This document shows positions 37,296 through 48,264 of a stretch of 64,000 nucleotides of DNA, piece by piece. The DNA lies in the NCBI GenBank assembly GCA_963762565.1, contig CAVXLD010000001.1:256001-320000 (forward strand). Reading direction: 5' to 3'. Numbering within the stretch: position 1 is the first letter of the stretch; each line of letters starts with the position of its first letter. The notes below the pieces were generated by a model. The model saw only the letters and a program-made list of their open reading frames with translations. It had not been told where the DNA came from and did not search any database. The DNA is from an uncultured Verrucomicrobiae bacterium. GTDB taxonomy: Bacteria; Verrucomicrobiota; Verrucomicrobiia; Chthoniobacterales; JAFAMB01. The translations under genes and the position numbers were made by a program.

Positions 37296-40200
37296 ATGAA
37301 GGATGGGATTACACAAGCGTTGCGGAATGCTCCGGCCTCGCTTTACGACCCGAGCGAAGAGCATGACTCCTGTGGAGTCGGTTTTGTCGCTTCGGTCAAA
37401 GGGGAGCGTTCGAATCGAGTACTACACCTTGGGCTGACTTCGGTCTGCAACATGGTTCATAGAGGGGCCGTCGACGCCGATGCTAAAACCGGCGACGGAT
37501 CCGGGATCTTAACTCAGATTCCGTACAAGATTTTTCGCCGCGAAGTCACGCGTCTGGGACATACGCTTTATAATGATTCCGATCTGGCAATTGGCTCGGT
37601 CTTCTTGCCGCACGACAATGCTTACGCTCAGGCCAGAGCCAAGTCGGTAATAGAAGACGTTCTTACGGCCCGGCAGCTTTTCCAATTCGGCTGGCGAGAG
37701 GTACCGCTTCATATCGGTGTACTCGGCGAAAAAGCGCAGCTAACGATGCCCCGCATCGAGCAGGTCTTGATCGGTCGACCGGCCGACATGGATGACGATG
37801 TATACGAGAGGCAGCTCTTTCTGGCGCGTAACGAGATCGAAAAGCGGGCCCAGTTAGATAACATCCGCCATTTCTACATCAATTCGTTCTCCCATCGAGT
37901 CGTGATCTATAAAGGGCTGCTGACTGCGGTTTCTCTGGAGAAATTTTATCGTGACCTCACCGATCCCGACTATGAGACCGCAATCTGCCTGTTTCACGAA
38001 CGGTACAGCACCAACACCTTCCCTACCTGGGCGCTGAGCCAACCGTTCCGGTTTCTGGCTCACAACGGCGAGATCAATACGATTCGCGGAAACCGCAACT
38101 GGATGCGCGCTCGCGAGTCCGAGTTGATGGCGGACTTCTGGAAGCAGGACATAGACCTGTTAAAGCCGATCATCCAACCTGGCGGCTCAGACTCTGCCAG
38201 TCTGGATAACGCGCTCGAAGTATTAACTATGTCGGGCCGGGATCTGCTCCACGCGATGACGATGCTCGTTCCGCCAGCTTGGCGAGCAGATGACCTCATG
38301 TCACCAGAGGTGAAGGCATTCTACGAATATCAATCCTGCTTTAACGAGCCCTGGGACGGTCCCGCTGGTCTTGTTTTCAGCAACGGCTTAGTGGCAGCAG
38401 CTTGCCTAGACCGCAACGGACTTCGGCCAGCTCGCTATAAGCTGACCGAGGACGGCATTTTCCTTCTCGCGTCCGAGGTCGGCTGCGTTGAGCTCGACGA
38501 AGCGGACGTAATTGAAAAGGGGCGGCTAGCTCCTGGAACAATGGTCGCGGTCGACACTCAGGCCGGAGTGCTCCTGCGCGATACCGAAATCAAAGAGAGG
38601 TTAGCGCGACGCAAACCTTACAGTGACTGGGTCAAAGCCAACCTACTCCGGTTGCAAGAGGTCGCTGGACGCACCATCCCTGAGCCGGCGAACGATTTAG
38701 ACATTCTCGGGTTAAGCCAACGCCAGGTTGCTTTCGGCTACACCACCGAAGAACTGGAAATGGTATTCAAGCCGATGGCAAAGGACGGCCAAGAAGCCCT
38801 GGGATCCATGGGCGATGATACCCCTCTGGCAGTGCTTTCGTTGCAGCCACGCTTGCTCTACACCTATTTCTGTCAGTTGTTCGCCCAGGTCACCAATCCT
38901 CCGATCGATCCGATCAGGGAGCGATTGGTGATGTCGCTGGCCACTCCTATGGGTTGGCGGCGCAATTTGTTTGGCGAGACGCCGGAGCATGCAAAGCTCG
39001 TCTTTTCCGAGTCGCCAGTCTTGTTCCCACATGAACTCGAGGCACTGAAACACCTCGCCGACCCCGAACATAAAGCCGTCACTATTCCGGTCTGCTGGCT
39101 CGAAAGCGAGGGTCCGGGAGGACTCGAGGCAGCGGTGAACCGAATTTCGATCGAAGCTGAGCACGCTGTTGACGCAGGCTGCCGGCTAATCGTTCTCTCC
39201 GATCAATGCGTCGAGCACGATAAAGTTGCGGTTCCCATGCTTCTCGCGGTCGGCGCGGTACATCACCACTTGATCCGGGTTGGCAAAAGAATGAAGTGCA
39301 GCCTGATCGCCGAGACCGGAGAAGCGCGCGATGTTCATCAGATCGCTAGCGTGATTGCCTACGGAGCCAGCGCCGTATGTCCCTATCTAGCGTTCGAAAC
39401 GATCCGGGAACTCCTCTTCCGAAAAGAGCTCGGTGAGGATGCGACCTTCGACAAAGCGGCCAGAAAATATCGATCGGCTATTGAAAAAGGGCTTCTGAAA
39501 ATCATGTCGAAGATGGGTATCTCGGTGATCGGGAGTTATCGGGGAGCCCAGATTTTTGAGGCGATCGGTCTTAGCTCTGACCTGATCGACAAATGTTTCG
39601 CCGGAACTCCGTCGAAGATCGATGGAATTGGTTTGACGGAGATCGCAATTGAGACCCTCACTCGCCACCAAAAAGCTTATGCCAAGGCAGTGCCCGAAGA
39701 GGGAACAGCCAGCGTGGCCTTGGAGGACCCGGGGTTCTATCGCTTCCGGCGTCAGGGTGAAGCACACGCGATCACGCCTCCGGTCATTAAGAATTTCCAT
39801 ACCTTCGTAAAATCGAATAAGCCGGAGGACTACAGAGCTTACGTCGACGCCATCAGAGCGGGGCGCCCAAATGCTCTTCGAGACCTACTGGAGCTGGCGC
39901 CGAGCGGCCGGGGACCCATTCCGATTGACGAAGTCGAACCGATCGAAGAGATCCGGCGGCGATTCACGACCGCCGGTATGTCGCTCGGAGCGTTGAGCCC
40001 GGAAGCACACGAATGTCTCGCTATCGCCATGAATCGAATCGGCGGTAAATCCAATTCGGGCGAGGGCGGTGAGGATCCGGAGCGCGTACACCGGCGACCG
40101 AACGGTGATTGGCCGAATAGCGCGATTAAGCAAGTCGCAGCCGGACGGTTCGGCGTAACCGCCACCTATCTAGCAGCCGCCAAAGAGATCGAGATTAAGA

Positions 40201-41873
40201 TGGCGCAAGGAGCCAAGCCGGGAGAAGGCGGTCAATTACCGGGACACAAAGTCAGCGAGCTGATTGCCAGGCTGCGAAAGAGTACTCCGGGTGTCGCTTT
40301 GATTTCACCGCCACCGCACCATGACATTTACTCGATTGAGGACCTGGCTCAGCTGATTTACGACCTCAAACAAGTCAATCCGCGGGCAAAGGTTTGCGTT
40401 AAGCTGGTGGCTGAGGCGGGGGTTGGCACGATCGCCGCCGGCGTTGCCAAGGCACACGCAGACATTATCCTGATCAGCGGGCACGAAGGCGGGACCGGAG
40501 CGTCGCCGTTGAGCTCCATCAAACATGCGGGCAGCGCCTGGGAACTCGGTGTTTCTGAAGCGCATCAAGTGCTACTGCTGAACGGTCTGCGGAATCGGAT
40601 TGTTCTTCGCGCCGACGGAGGTTTGCGCACCGGTGAAGATATTGTCTTTGCCGCGCTGTTGGGAGCTGAGGAATTCAACTTCGGCACTACGGCTTTGATT
40701 GCGTCCGGCTGCGTTTATGTCCGGCAATGCCATCTGAATACTTGCCCGGTCGGCGTCGCCACCCAGGACGAACGGCTGCGAGCGAAGTTCAAGGGTAAGC
40801 CGGAGAACGTGGTTAACTTTTTCAACGCGGTCGCCCAGGAGGTTCGTGAGATCATGGCGCAGCTCGGTCTAGCGACATTCAACGAGTTAGTCGGCCGGGT
40901 TGAGTGGCTGAGGCAGCGGGAGATCGAGGATCATCCCAAAGCCAACAAGCTAAACCTGACACGTTTACTCGCGAACGTTGCCAAAGACGACGAAACCTTA
41001 GCTCGGCACAACACCTGGGATCGAAATGACCCGCCTTGGGGCCGTCGCTTAGATGACGTCATCTTGCAGGATGCTCGCGAGGCCGTTAACGATCAGTTGC
41101 CAGTTTCGCTCAGCTATCGGATCAAGAATACGAACCGGACGGTCGGCGGTAAACTCTCCGGCGAGATCGCTTACCTCTGGGGCGAACAAGGTCTTCCGGA
41201 AGGAACGATTGAACTGAAGCTATCTGGCAGCGCCGGCCAAAGTTTCGGCGCCTTTCTTACGCGAGGCGTCAAGTTGATCCTGACCGGCGAGGCGAACGAC
41301 TACGTCGGTAAAGGGATGAGCGGCGGCGAGATCATTATCAGACCGTTCAGCGAACGCAAATACCTGGCCCGGGAAAACTCGATCATTGGCAATACCTGTC
41401 TGTATGGCGGTACCGGGGGAGAGTTTTTTGCAGCCGGCCGCGCCGGAGAGCGTTTTGCGGTTAGAAACTCGGGTGTTACTGCGGTGATCGAGGGCGTGGG
41501 AGACCACGGCTGCGAATACATGACCCGCGGTATTGCGGTCATCCTCGGGCCGACTGGAAAGAATTTCGGGGCCGGTATGACCGGTGGTGTAGCCTACATT
41601 CTTGACCAGGACTCGGCCTTGAAGCGGAACCTGAACCCGGAATTGGTGCTGATGGAGGCGCTAACCGATGAGACAGACGTAGTCCTGGTGAAGGAGCTCG
41701 TTTATAAACATTTGGAACGGACCGAGAGCGAGCTAGCTAAAGAGATCCTCGCGGATTGGGCGTCTTTTCAACAGAAGTTCTGGAAGGTTCGGCCAATTTA
41801 CGTACCATCTGTTCAACCGGTTGCTCCAGCCCCCGGCCAGTTAATCGAAAAAGCAACCAGCGTCGACAAATAG
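37296..41873 (+). CDS. gltB: Glutamate synthase large subunit
   Basis: CGVGF, HNGEINT, QGAKPGEGG, CHLNTCPVG. Confidence 0.97.
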   Translation: MKDGITQALRNAPASLYDPSEEHDSCGVGFVASVKGERSNRVLHLGLTSVCNMVHRGAVDADAKTGDGSGILTQIPYKIFRREVTRLGHTLYNDSDLAIGSVFLPHDNAYAQARAKSVIEDVLTARQLFQFGWREVPLHIGVLGEKAQLTMPRIEQVLIGRPADMDDDVYERQLFLARNEIEKRAQLDNIRHFYINSFSHRVVIYKGLLTAVSLEKFYRDLTDPDYETAICLFHERYSTNTFPTWALSQPFRFLAHNGEINTIRGNRNWMRARESELMADFWKQDIDLLKPIIQPGGSDSASLDNALEVLTMSGRDLLHAMTMLVPPAWRADDLMSPEVKAFYEYQSCFNEPWDGPAGLVFSNGLVAAACLDRNGLRPARYKLTEDGIFLLASEVGCVELDEADVIEKGRLAPGTMVAVDTQAGVLLRDTEIKERLARRKPYSDWVKANLLRLQEVAGRTIPEPANDLDILGLSQRQVAFGYTTEELEMVFKPMAKDGQEALGSMGDDTPLAVLSLQPRLLYTYFCQLFAQVTNPPIDPIRERLVMSLATPMGWRRNLFGETPEHAKLVFSESPVLFPHELEALKHLADPEHKAVTIPVCWLESEGPGGLEAAVNRISIEAEHAVDAGCRLIVLSDQCVEHDKVAVPMLLAVGAVHHHLIRVGKRMKCSLIAETGEARDVHQIASVIAYGASAVCPYLAFETIRELLFRKELGEDATFDKAARKYRSAIEKGLLKIMSKMGISVIGSYRGAQIFEAIGLSSDLIDKCFAGTPSKIDGIGLTEIAIETLTRHQKAYAKAVPEEGTASVALEDPGFYRFRRQGEAHAITPPVIKNFHTFVKSNKPEDYRAYVDAIRAGRPNALRDLLELAPSGRGPIPIDEVEPIEEIRRRFTTAGMSLGALSPEAHECLAIAMNRIGGKSNSGEGGEDPERVHRRPNGDWPNSAIKQVAAGRFGVTATYLAAAKEIEIKMAQGAKPGEGGQLPGHKVSELIARLRKSTPGVALISPPPHHDIYSIEDLAQLIYDLKQVNPRAKVCVKLVAEAGVGTIAAGVAKAHADIILISGHEGGTGASPLSSIKHAGSAWELGVSEAHQVLLLNGLRNRIVLRADGGLRTGEDIVFAALLGAEEFNFGTTALIASGCVYVRQCHLNTCPVGVATQDERLRAKFKGKPENVVNFFNAVAQEVREIMAQLGLATFNELVGRVEWLRQREIEDHPKANKLNLTRLLANVAKDDETLARHNTWDRNDPPWGRRLDDVILQDAREAVNDQLPVSLSYRIKNTNRTVGGKLSGEIAYLWGEQGLPEGTIELKLSGSAGQSFGAFLTRGVKLILTGEANDYVGKGMSGGEIIIRPFSERKYLARENSIIGNTCLYGGTGGEFFAAGRAGERFAVRNSGVTAVIEGVGDHGCEYMTRGIAVILGPTGKNFGAGMTGGVAYILDQDSALKRNLNPELVLMEALTDETDVVLVKELVYKHLERTESELAKEILADWASFQQKFWKVRPIYVPSVQPVAPAPGQLIEKATSVDK

Positions 41874-41876
41874 CCT

Positions 41877-42269
41877 ATGGAGATCGTCACTCAACTCGCG
41901 CTGTTTCTCGAAAATCGTCCCGGAACGCTAGCTGCAGTCTGTGACGCTTTGGCTGCTGCAAAAATTAATATCTTCGCGCTGACCATTTCCGACACGGTCG
42001 ATCACTCGGTCGTTCGCATGGTGGTCAGCGATACCAGGAGGGCTCTCTCCATCTTTGAAGAACACGGTACCTTGGTCGTCGAGAACGAGGTGCTCATGAT
42101 CGAGCACGACAACCATCCGGGATCGTTGTCTGAAATTGCCAAGAAGCTCGCCTCCAAAAAAGTGAATATCGAGTACGCCTACCTGAGTGGGTCGCCCCGA
42201 GCAAAACGAGGACTGCTGATTCTACGCCCGAATAACGTCAAGAAGGCGTTTGAAGTGCTGACCGCGTAG
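41877..42269 (+). CDS. Tandem ACT-domain protein
   Basis: ENRPGTLA and DNHPGSL repeats; NIEYAY. Confidence 0.88.
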   Translation: MEIVTQLALFLENRPGTLAAVCDALAAAKINIFALTISDTVDHSVVRMVVSDTRRALSIFEEHGTLVVENEVLMIEHDNHPGSLSEIAKKLASKKVNIEYAYLSGSPRAKRGLLILRPNNVKKAFEVLTA

Positions 42270-42315
42270 AGGCGACGCGGCGAATGGGCGCACCGGCGAA
42301 TGCGCGAATGGCGTT

Positions 42316-42607
42316 GGTGGGGCGAGGCTCCCGAACAGTCGAATGTCGTTTCGCAGGGTTATTGATCCTTAAGGTTTGGCCTGACCGCGCCGGTTGTAGC
42401 CGAGACGGGCGCCGAGCCAGTCCCAGGGCTCGACAAGACCGATGAGGTCGATTCTTTCCCAACCCGGGTTTCGGTGCGCTTTCGCCTGTTAACGGCACTA
42501 CAAACCTTGACCCGGCTCGGCGAGCGTGTTGGCCTAGCCCAGCCGGCGTCGCAAACACTCTCAATACTCCGCGAACTCCTTTAGGCCGTTCGGAGCTTCG
42601 CCCCACC
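42316..42607. repeat. Family B element nested in an inverted octamer pair
   Basis: GGTGGGGCGAGGCTCCCG ... CGGAGCTTCGCCCCACC. Confidence 0.85.
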
Positions 42608-42693
42608 AAAATTTTTCGCCCACTCGCCTATTCGCCCACAAGCGCGCGCTAACAGATGCAATTCCCGCATAACAACATTACGTTTCACCACAC

Positions 42694-44418
42694 ATGACCT
42701 CCACCCCCTCTCCATCGCTGCGTTCCCAGAATTGGTTCAGCGGCATTAGCCGCGATGTGGTGATTCACCGAAGCTGGATGCGCGGCTTCACCGAGGACGC
42801 GTTTGACGGCCGGCCAATCATTGGAATTTGTAACACTTTTTCCGAGCTGACTCCCTGTAACGCGCATTTCAGGGAACTCGCTCAGAAGGTAAAGGACGGG
42901 GTATGGCAGGCCGGCGGAGTGCCGTTGGAATTTCCCGTGATGTCATTGGGAGAAACTAATCTTCGACCAACGGCAATGTTGTTTCGCAACCTCGCGAGCA
43001 TGGATGTTGAGGAATCAATTCGCGGCAACCCTATCGATGGCGTTGTTCTGATGACCGGTTGTGACAAGACAACACCCGCCCTGCTGATGGGTGCGGCCAG
43101 TTGTGATGTCCCGGCAATCGTTCTTTCCGGCGGTCCCATGTTGAACGGGCGCTTCCGCGGGCAAACCGTCGGATCAGGTACCGCGGTTTGGCAGTTTTCT
43201 GAGGCGATCGCTGCCGGCAAAATGTCGATGAGTGACTTGCTTGAGGCCGAGAGTTGCATGGCCCGGAGCGCTGGCCATTGCATGACGATGGGAACCGCAT
43301 CAACCATGGCATCGATGGTGGAAGCCCTGGGCGTCGCTTTACCGACCAACGCTGCCATCCCCGCAGTCGACACTCGCCGAGACGTGCTCGCCCAGATCGC
43401 GGGGCGCCGAATTGTCGACATGGTCAGAGAAGACATGAGGCTCTCCAAGATTCTTACCAGAGAAGCATTTGAAAACGCTATCCGAGTCAATGGCGCCGTC
43501 GGAGGTTCTACCAATGCGGTTATCCATCTCTTGGCCATCGCCGGAAGAATCGGGATTGATGTGCGCCTGGACGACTGGGATCGGCTTGGCCGCGACATAC
43601 CCACCATCGTCGATCTTCAGCCGTCGGGCCGGTTCTTGATGGAGGAATTCTACTACGCCGGCGGGTTGCCGGTCGTGATGAAGCGATTGGCCGAAGCAGG
43701 TCTCTTGAATCGCGACTTACTCACAGTGAGCGGCGCCACGGTCTGGGAGAATATCCAAAACGCTCAATGTTATAACGACGAAGTGATTCGGCCGCTCTCA
43801 AAACCGTTGGTGCGTTCCGGTGGCATCGCCGTGTTGCGAGGTAATTTGGCGCCGGATGGCGCAGTCCTAAAGCCTTCTGCTGCTACTCCGCGTCTGCTCC
43901 AACACACCGGGAAGGCAGTCGTTTTCGAGAATATCGAACATTATCATGAGCGCATTAACGATCCGAAGCTCGATGTCGATGAAAACTCGGTCCTGGTTTT
44001 GAAGAACTGTGGTCCTCGCGGCTACCCCGGTATGGCCGAGGTCGGCAATATGGGCTTGCCACCAAAGCTCCTGAAAGCGGGCATAACCGATATGGTCCGC
44101 ATCTCCGATGCCCGGATGAGCGGCACTGCCTATGGCACGGTGGTGCTTCACTGCTGTCCAGAGGCAGCCGTAGGAGGCCCCTTAGCCCTGGTACAAGATG
44201 GTGATTTAATCGAGCTGGACGTAGAGAATCGTAAATTACACTTGGCCGTTGATGACGCAGAACTGGAGCGACGCCGTAAATCCTGGCAACCAGCAAAACT
44301 GCCTTCAGGCGGTTACGTGCGTCTCTATCACGATCATGTGATGCAAGCCAACCTAGGAGCTGACTTAGATTTCTTGCAGGGCTGCCGCGGAAACGCCGTC
44401 GGCCGGCCATCGCATTGA
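42694..44418 (+). CDS. IlvD/Edd-family sugar-acid dehydratase (L-arabonate dehydratase-like)
   Basis: TPCNAH, GCDKTTP, GGSTNA, SDARMSGTAYG. Confidence 0.9.
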   Translation: MTSTPSPSLRSQNWFSGISRDVVIHRSWMRGFTEDAFDGRPIIGICNTFSELTPCNAHFRELAQKVKDGVWQAGGVPLEFPVMSLGETNLRPTAMLFRNLASMDVEESIRGNPIDGVVLMTGCDKTTPALLMGAASCDVPAIVLSGGPMLNGRFRGQTVGSGTAVWQFSEAIAAGKMSMSDLLEAESCMARSAGHCMTMGTASTMASMVEALGVALPTNAAIPAVDTRRDVLAQIAGRRIVDMVREDMRLSKILTREAFENAIRVNGAVGGSTNAVIHLLAIAGRIGIDVRLDDWDRLGRDIPTIVDLQPSGRFLMEEFYYAGGLPVVMKRLAEAGLLNRDLLTVSGATVWENIQNAQCYNDEVIRPLSKPLVRSGGIAVLRGNLAPDGAVLKPSAATPRLLQHTGKAVVFENIEHYHERINDPKLDVDENSVLVLKNCGPRGYPGMAEVGNMGLPPKLLKAGITDMVRISDARMSGTAYGTVVLHCCPEAAVGGPLALVQDGDLIELDVENRKLHLAVDDAELERRRKSWQPAKLPSGGYVRLYHDHVMQANLGADLDFLQGCRGNAVGRPSH

Positions 44419-44541
44419 TGGGAGACCCGTCGGCGCAAAGGCGTGTGGGCATGTGGGCATGTGGCTTCGCGCCTCGCTTTCGCCGGTGCGCCGTTTCGCC
44501 CATTCGCCGTTTCGCCTCGTCACCGCACCCCTGGCGGCCTA

Positions 44542-45123
44542 CTACGGCAGCACTCGAACAAAGTCCTGGATCGGCCGTCGTTTCGGCGCCTCCGGGACTT
44601 GAGCCGGATAACCGAGATACAGGAATCCAACAAGCTGCTCACCGCGCTCGGATAGCTCTAACAAAGCCTCTGTCTCAGGCAAGCGGGTAACCCGCCCGGT
44701 ATTCCAATGGGTTCCAATTCCCTCACCCAAGGCCGCCAATTGCAGGTTCTGGATGGCGGCGCAGACCGCAGCCAGGTCTTCGACTTGTTGAGCTGGGTTA
44801 CTCGCAACGCGGCAGGTGACCGCCAATAACACAGGAGAGGCCATGACTTTCCGTCGAGCGTCGTTGTTCGCTTTGGCCACCACCGCTGGATCTTGACTAG
44901 ATGCCGTTTGGTTGGCCAATCCATCTGCCAACGCTTCTCGGCTCCGCGTTCCAATGATGGCAATGCGCCAGGGCTCAGTGAGACGATGATTAGGAGCCCA
45001 ACGCGCCGCATCCAGAATTCGCCAAAGCGTCTCTTCAGGGATCGGGTCAGAACGGAATTCCTTAATGGTCCGCCGGCTTTGAATGGCGGTGATTATCGCA
45101 GGGTCAGGAATGATTGAGTCCAT
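44542..45123 (-). CDS. Nitroreductase-family protein (YdjA-like)
   Basis: SRRTIK, WAPNHRLTEPW, GFLYLG. Confidence 0.88.
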   Translation of the reverse strand: MDSIIPDPAIITAIQSRRTIKEFRSDPIPEETLWRILDAARWAPNHRLTEPWRIAIIGTRSREALADGLANQTASSQDPAVVAKANNDARRKVMASPVLLAVTCRVASNPAQQVEDLAAVCAAIQNLQLAALGEGIGTHWNTGRVTRLPETEALLELSERGEQLVGFLYLGYPAQVPEAPKRRPIQDFVRVLP

Positions 45124-45169
45124 AAAATGTTCATAGGCCTAGTCGCATATCGTACTCGTCCTCGTCTTT

Positions 45170-45667
45170 GGTGGGGCGAGGCTCCCGAATAGCCCGACGA
45201 ATGACCAAGGCGCAACGCACGAACGCCCAGATGAATGAGCAAGGCCAAAAGACGCGCCGAGCCGTGGCCAACGATAGAGCACGGCTCGGCGCGATTTAGG
45301 GCCTAACACCTGGTGCTGTTTTGCGTTACCAATCGCTTCGGTCAATCGCTGGGGTTTTCGGGAGGGTCCGTGGTCAAGACATAGGTAACAAATCATGGTC
45401 AAGACATGGGTAACAGGTACATACAAAAAATGACTGGGGTGACTCGGAGATCCGCCCAGCTGGCCGACGGAGGTCAGCTGATAAAAATCGCATGCCGATC
45501 GTTCGCGAGAATGGTCGCTTCTGCCCTCTCACACATTTCACCCTCAAAAAGGACAACCAGAGGGAACCATACATTTTTTGATTGCCCAAGAATAGGTATA
45601 TAAAAAGCACATTTTCTCGACAAAGTGATACCTATGTCTTGACCACGTTCAGGAGCCTCGCCCCACC
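45170..45667. repeat. Family B element whose right end is split by a MITE
   Basis: CGGGAG[287 bp]GGAGCCTCGCCCCACC. Confidence 0.85.
45365..45651. mobile_element. Non-autonomous IS481-like MITE
   Basis: 22-nt IR with 1 mismatch (cgtggtcaagacataggtaaca / tgatacctatgtcttgaccacg), left motif tandemly repeated, GGAG target duplication. Confidence 0.7.
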
Positions 45668-45689
45668 AAAGTCGAGCACGAAAGACAGC

Positions 45690-47171
45690 TCATCCCGCTT
45701 CCCCTTCTATCGCGTTCGTCTGTTCCAAGATCGACGAGGTTGCCGATTCGCTAACTTTTCTTGGCCCGCGACTCACTTCTAAACCATCGGTAGGCAAAAG
45801 ACGCCAGTACGCGGGGAAAGCGGCTAGTCCAAAAATCGCGCTGAGAGCAAAAGCGATACGAAAATCCGATATCGCGTACAAACCATGATTACCGCTGAAG
45901 AGCGCCGCCAGGTGCAAGGCTACGGCTCCAAATGCGATCCCCATTCCGAAGCCCAACTGCTGCATGGTGCTCTGCATCATACTGGCCGTGCTCATGTCGG
46001 CGGCTGGCACCTCTGAGAACGCTAAGGTGTTAAGACTCGTAAACTGCATTGAACGGACCAGACCGGCCCCCAACAGCAGGGTCAACGTGATGACGATCGG
46101 CGTACTGACTGAAAGCAGGCCCAGTCCTGCAGCAAACAGAGCGATGAGTGGCGTATTCACTACGAGCACCGACCGAAAGCCGAACTTCTTCAACACCCAG
46201 GTAGTGCTAGTTTTCATTAGCAAATTACCAGTCGCATAGACCAACACCAACAACCCGGATGTAAGTGGGCTCAGTCCAAACCCGCTCTGAAACATCAAGG
46301 GGAGCAGCAATGGAGCAGCACTGATCGAGATGCAACTGGCGTTCCCAGCAATGAGACAAGTCGCAAAGGTTCGAATTCTTAACAGTGAAAGATTGATAAG
46401 CGGAAACCGGCTCTTGCGTTCCCAGTAGATAGTAACAACCCCCAAGATAACGCTTAGCAATAAGACCCAACTTGCCGTCAACCAATCCGAGTTTTCTCGA
46501 CCTAACAAATCGACACCGTACATCAAACAACTCAGCGCCCCTGCACTCAAAAGGAACCCGGGCAAATCGAGAGGGCGCCGCTCATCCGAACGAAAGTTCC
46601 TGACAAAGCGATAAACCAGGAAGATCGCGATTAAGCCGATTGGGATGTTGATCAGGAAAATCCAGCGCCAGGTCGTGAAATTGGCGATAAAACCGCCCAC
46701 AGGCGGGCCGATCACAGTCGCGATCAAACCCGGCCAGACGATGGTCGCGATCGCGTGTACCAGAGAACTTTTTGGCGTGCTGCGAAGAACAACTAATCGC
46801 CCAACCGGCACCATCATCGCGCCGCCGATTCCTTGGACAACCCGCGCTGAAATAAACTCACCGAGATGATTGGCGAGCCCGCAGCCCACCGAAGCCAGAG
46901 TGAAAATGGCGATAGCAGTACTGAAGATGGTCCGGGCGCCGAAGCGATCGGCCATCCAACCGCTGATTGGGATAAAGACAGCTAAGGTGACGAGGTAGGC
47001 GGTCATCCCGATGCTGACATCGGTGGGCCTAACCGCAAATGAACGGGCGATCTGAGGTAAAGCGGTGGCGATCGCCGTACCGTCCAGGTTCTCCATGAAA
47101 AACGTAACCGCAACGACAAGAGCTACTAAGCGAAACCGATCGTCTGTTGCTGGTGTAGTTGTTCTATCCAT
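45690..47171 (-). CDS. DHA2 (EmrB/HsrA-like) MFS transporter
   Basis: FMENLDGT, GWMADRFG, QGIGGAMMVPVGR; about 14 TM. Confidence 0.92.
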   Translation of the reverse strand: MDRTTTPATDDRFRLVALVVAVTFFMENLDGTAIATALPQIARSFAVRPTDVSIGMTAYLVTLAVFIPISGWMADRFGARTIFSTAIAIFTLASVGCGLANHLGEFISARVVQGIGGAMMVPVGRLVVLRSTPKSSLVHAIATIVWPGLIATVIGPPVGGFIANFTTWRWIFLINIPIGLIAIFLVYRFVRNFRSDERRPLDLPGFLLSAGALSCLMYGVDLLGRENSDWLTASWVLLLSVILGVVTIYWERKSRFPLINLSLLRIRTFATCLIAGNASCISISAAPLLLPLMFQSGFGLSPLTSGLLVLVYATGNLLMKTSTTWVLKKFGFRSVLVVNTPLIALFAAGLGLLSVSTPIVITLTLLLGAGLVRSMQFTSLNTLAFSEVPAADMSTASMMQSTMQQLGFGMGIAFGAVALHLAALFSGNHGLYAISDFRIAFALSAIFGLAAFPAYWRLLPTDGLEVSRGPRKVSESATSSILEQTNAIEGEAG

Positions 47172-47436
47172 CACTTTCTCTACCGAGCAGCAGGAAAGCA
47201 ACAAACCACGCGCTTTCGCCACCGGCTCGATTTTCTAACAAAATCAAGTCAAGGGTTACTTAGCGCGTTGGTTTACGTTAACGCTTACGACCGATCAGGC
47301 TTTCGCGGGATCGATAACGACAGCCGAAAGAGAGCAACGATCCGGGAAAATAGCAAATGGTAAATAGCGAGGAACAAGGCCGATTAAAATGAGGGCCGCG
47401 CGCGGTTTGGATGGCCTCACCCGCGGCCGCACTCGA

Positions 47437-47491
47437 ATAGGACCTATACGACCTATATGACATATAGGTCCCATCGGTCATATAAGTCCTA
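47437..47491. repeat. Quasi-palindromic nonamer tract (ataggacct/ataggtcct); also ~36435, 53199, 60277
   Basis: Directly visible at four loci. Confidence 0.8.
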
Positions 47492-47513
47492 TTCGTTCCA
47501 CGCCCAACGTGCC

Positions 47514-47984
47514 CTATTGGCTCTTAGCGCGTTCCGCTTCGCCGATGGCCTTGTAATCGTACGTCGGATAGAACTCAGTGTGGTATCCGCCCCAGGCTGT
47601 CTTTTCGATGGCAACATTAACTTCCCGTAGCCGGTCGGCCGGCACCCGCAATGTGATCACCTGACCAATTCCCATCATCACGTACCAGGAAACAACTTCT
47701 ATCCCGGCCGGCGGGAATGCTTTGTAATAGCCTTGCCGGCGCAGTTCGCTGTTGATCTCATCCAAAGGTTTAGATTGGTCATGGCGAAGGAAGATCGTTA
47801 ACAGGATCGATCCTTTATCGGTTTCGGCGGTAACCGAAGGCGAAGTTGAGGGCGGCTGTTGCGCTCCCGCTGGCCCGACCACGATCAACACCGCTGCGAC
47901 CAATAAATTCCTCGTATTTTTCCACACGGAGTGACCACTAACCACTGAATCGAAAGACCTGCTGATGATAGGAAATAGATTCAT
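47514..47984 (-). CDS. Exported hypothetical protein
   Basis: Signal-like segment; LLTIFLRHDQSK..WYVMMGIGQ..FYPTYD; start uncertain. Confidence 0.7.
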   Translation of the reverse strand: MNLFPIISRSFDSVVSGHSVWKNTRNLLVAAVLIVVGPAGAQQPPSTSPSVTAETDKGSILLTIFLRHDQSKPLDEINSELRRQGYYKAFPPAGIEVVSWYVMMGIGQVITLRVPADRLREVNVAIEKTAWGGYHTEFYPTYDYKAIGEAERAKSQ

Positions 47985-48264
47985 AGGACGTATAGGTAGA
48001 CGTCCTGCAGCGCCTTGTCACCGGAGGGGGCCCAATCGTTCTCCTCCTCGTCCTCGAGAACGCGGCTTTGTCGGAGAGCCGGCGAATACCTCGCCGGGCA
48101 ATTTCGGGGTTCATCACGGTCGGTGACCGCGCGACCCTTTCGAGGACGAGGGCGACGACGAGAACGAGTACGAACCGCTCTAGAGCGCTCAGGGACGCTA
48201 CAAATCCTGCCTGTTCACGGAGTCATTTCCGCGAACTCTCAACAACATTGGATTCTATGCGCCT

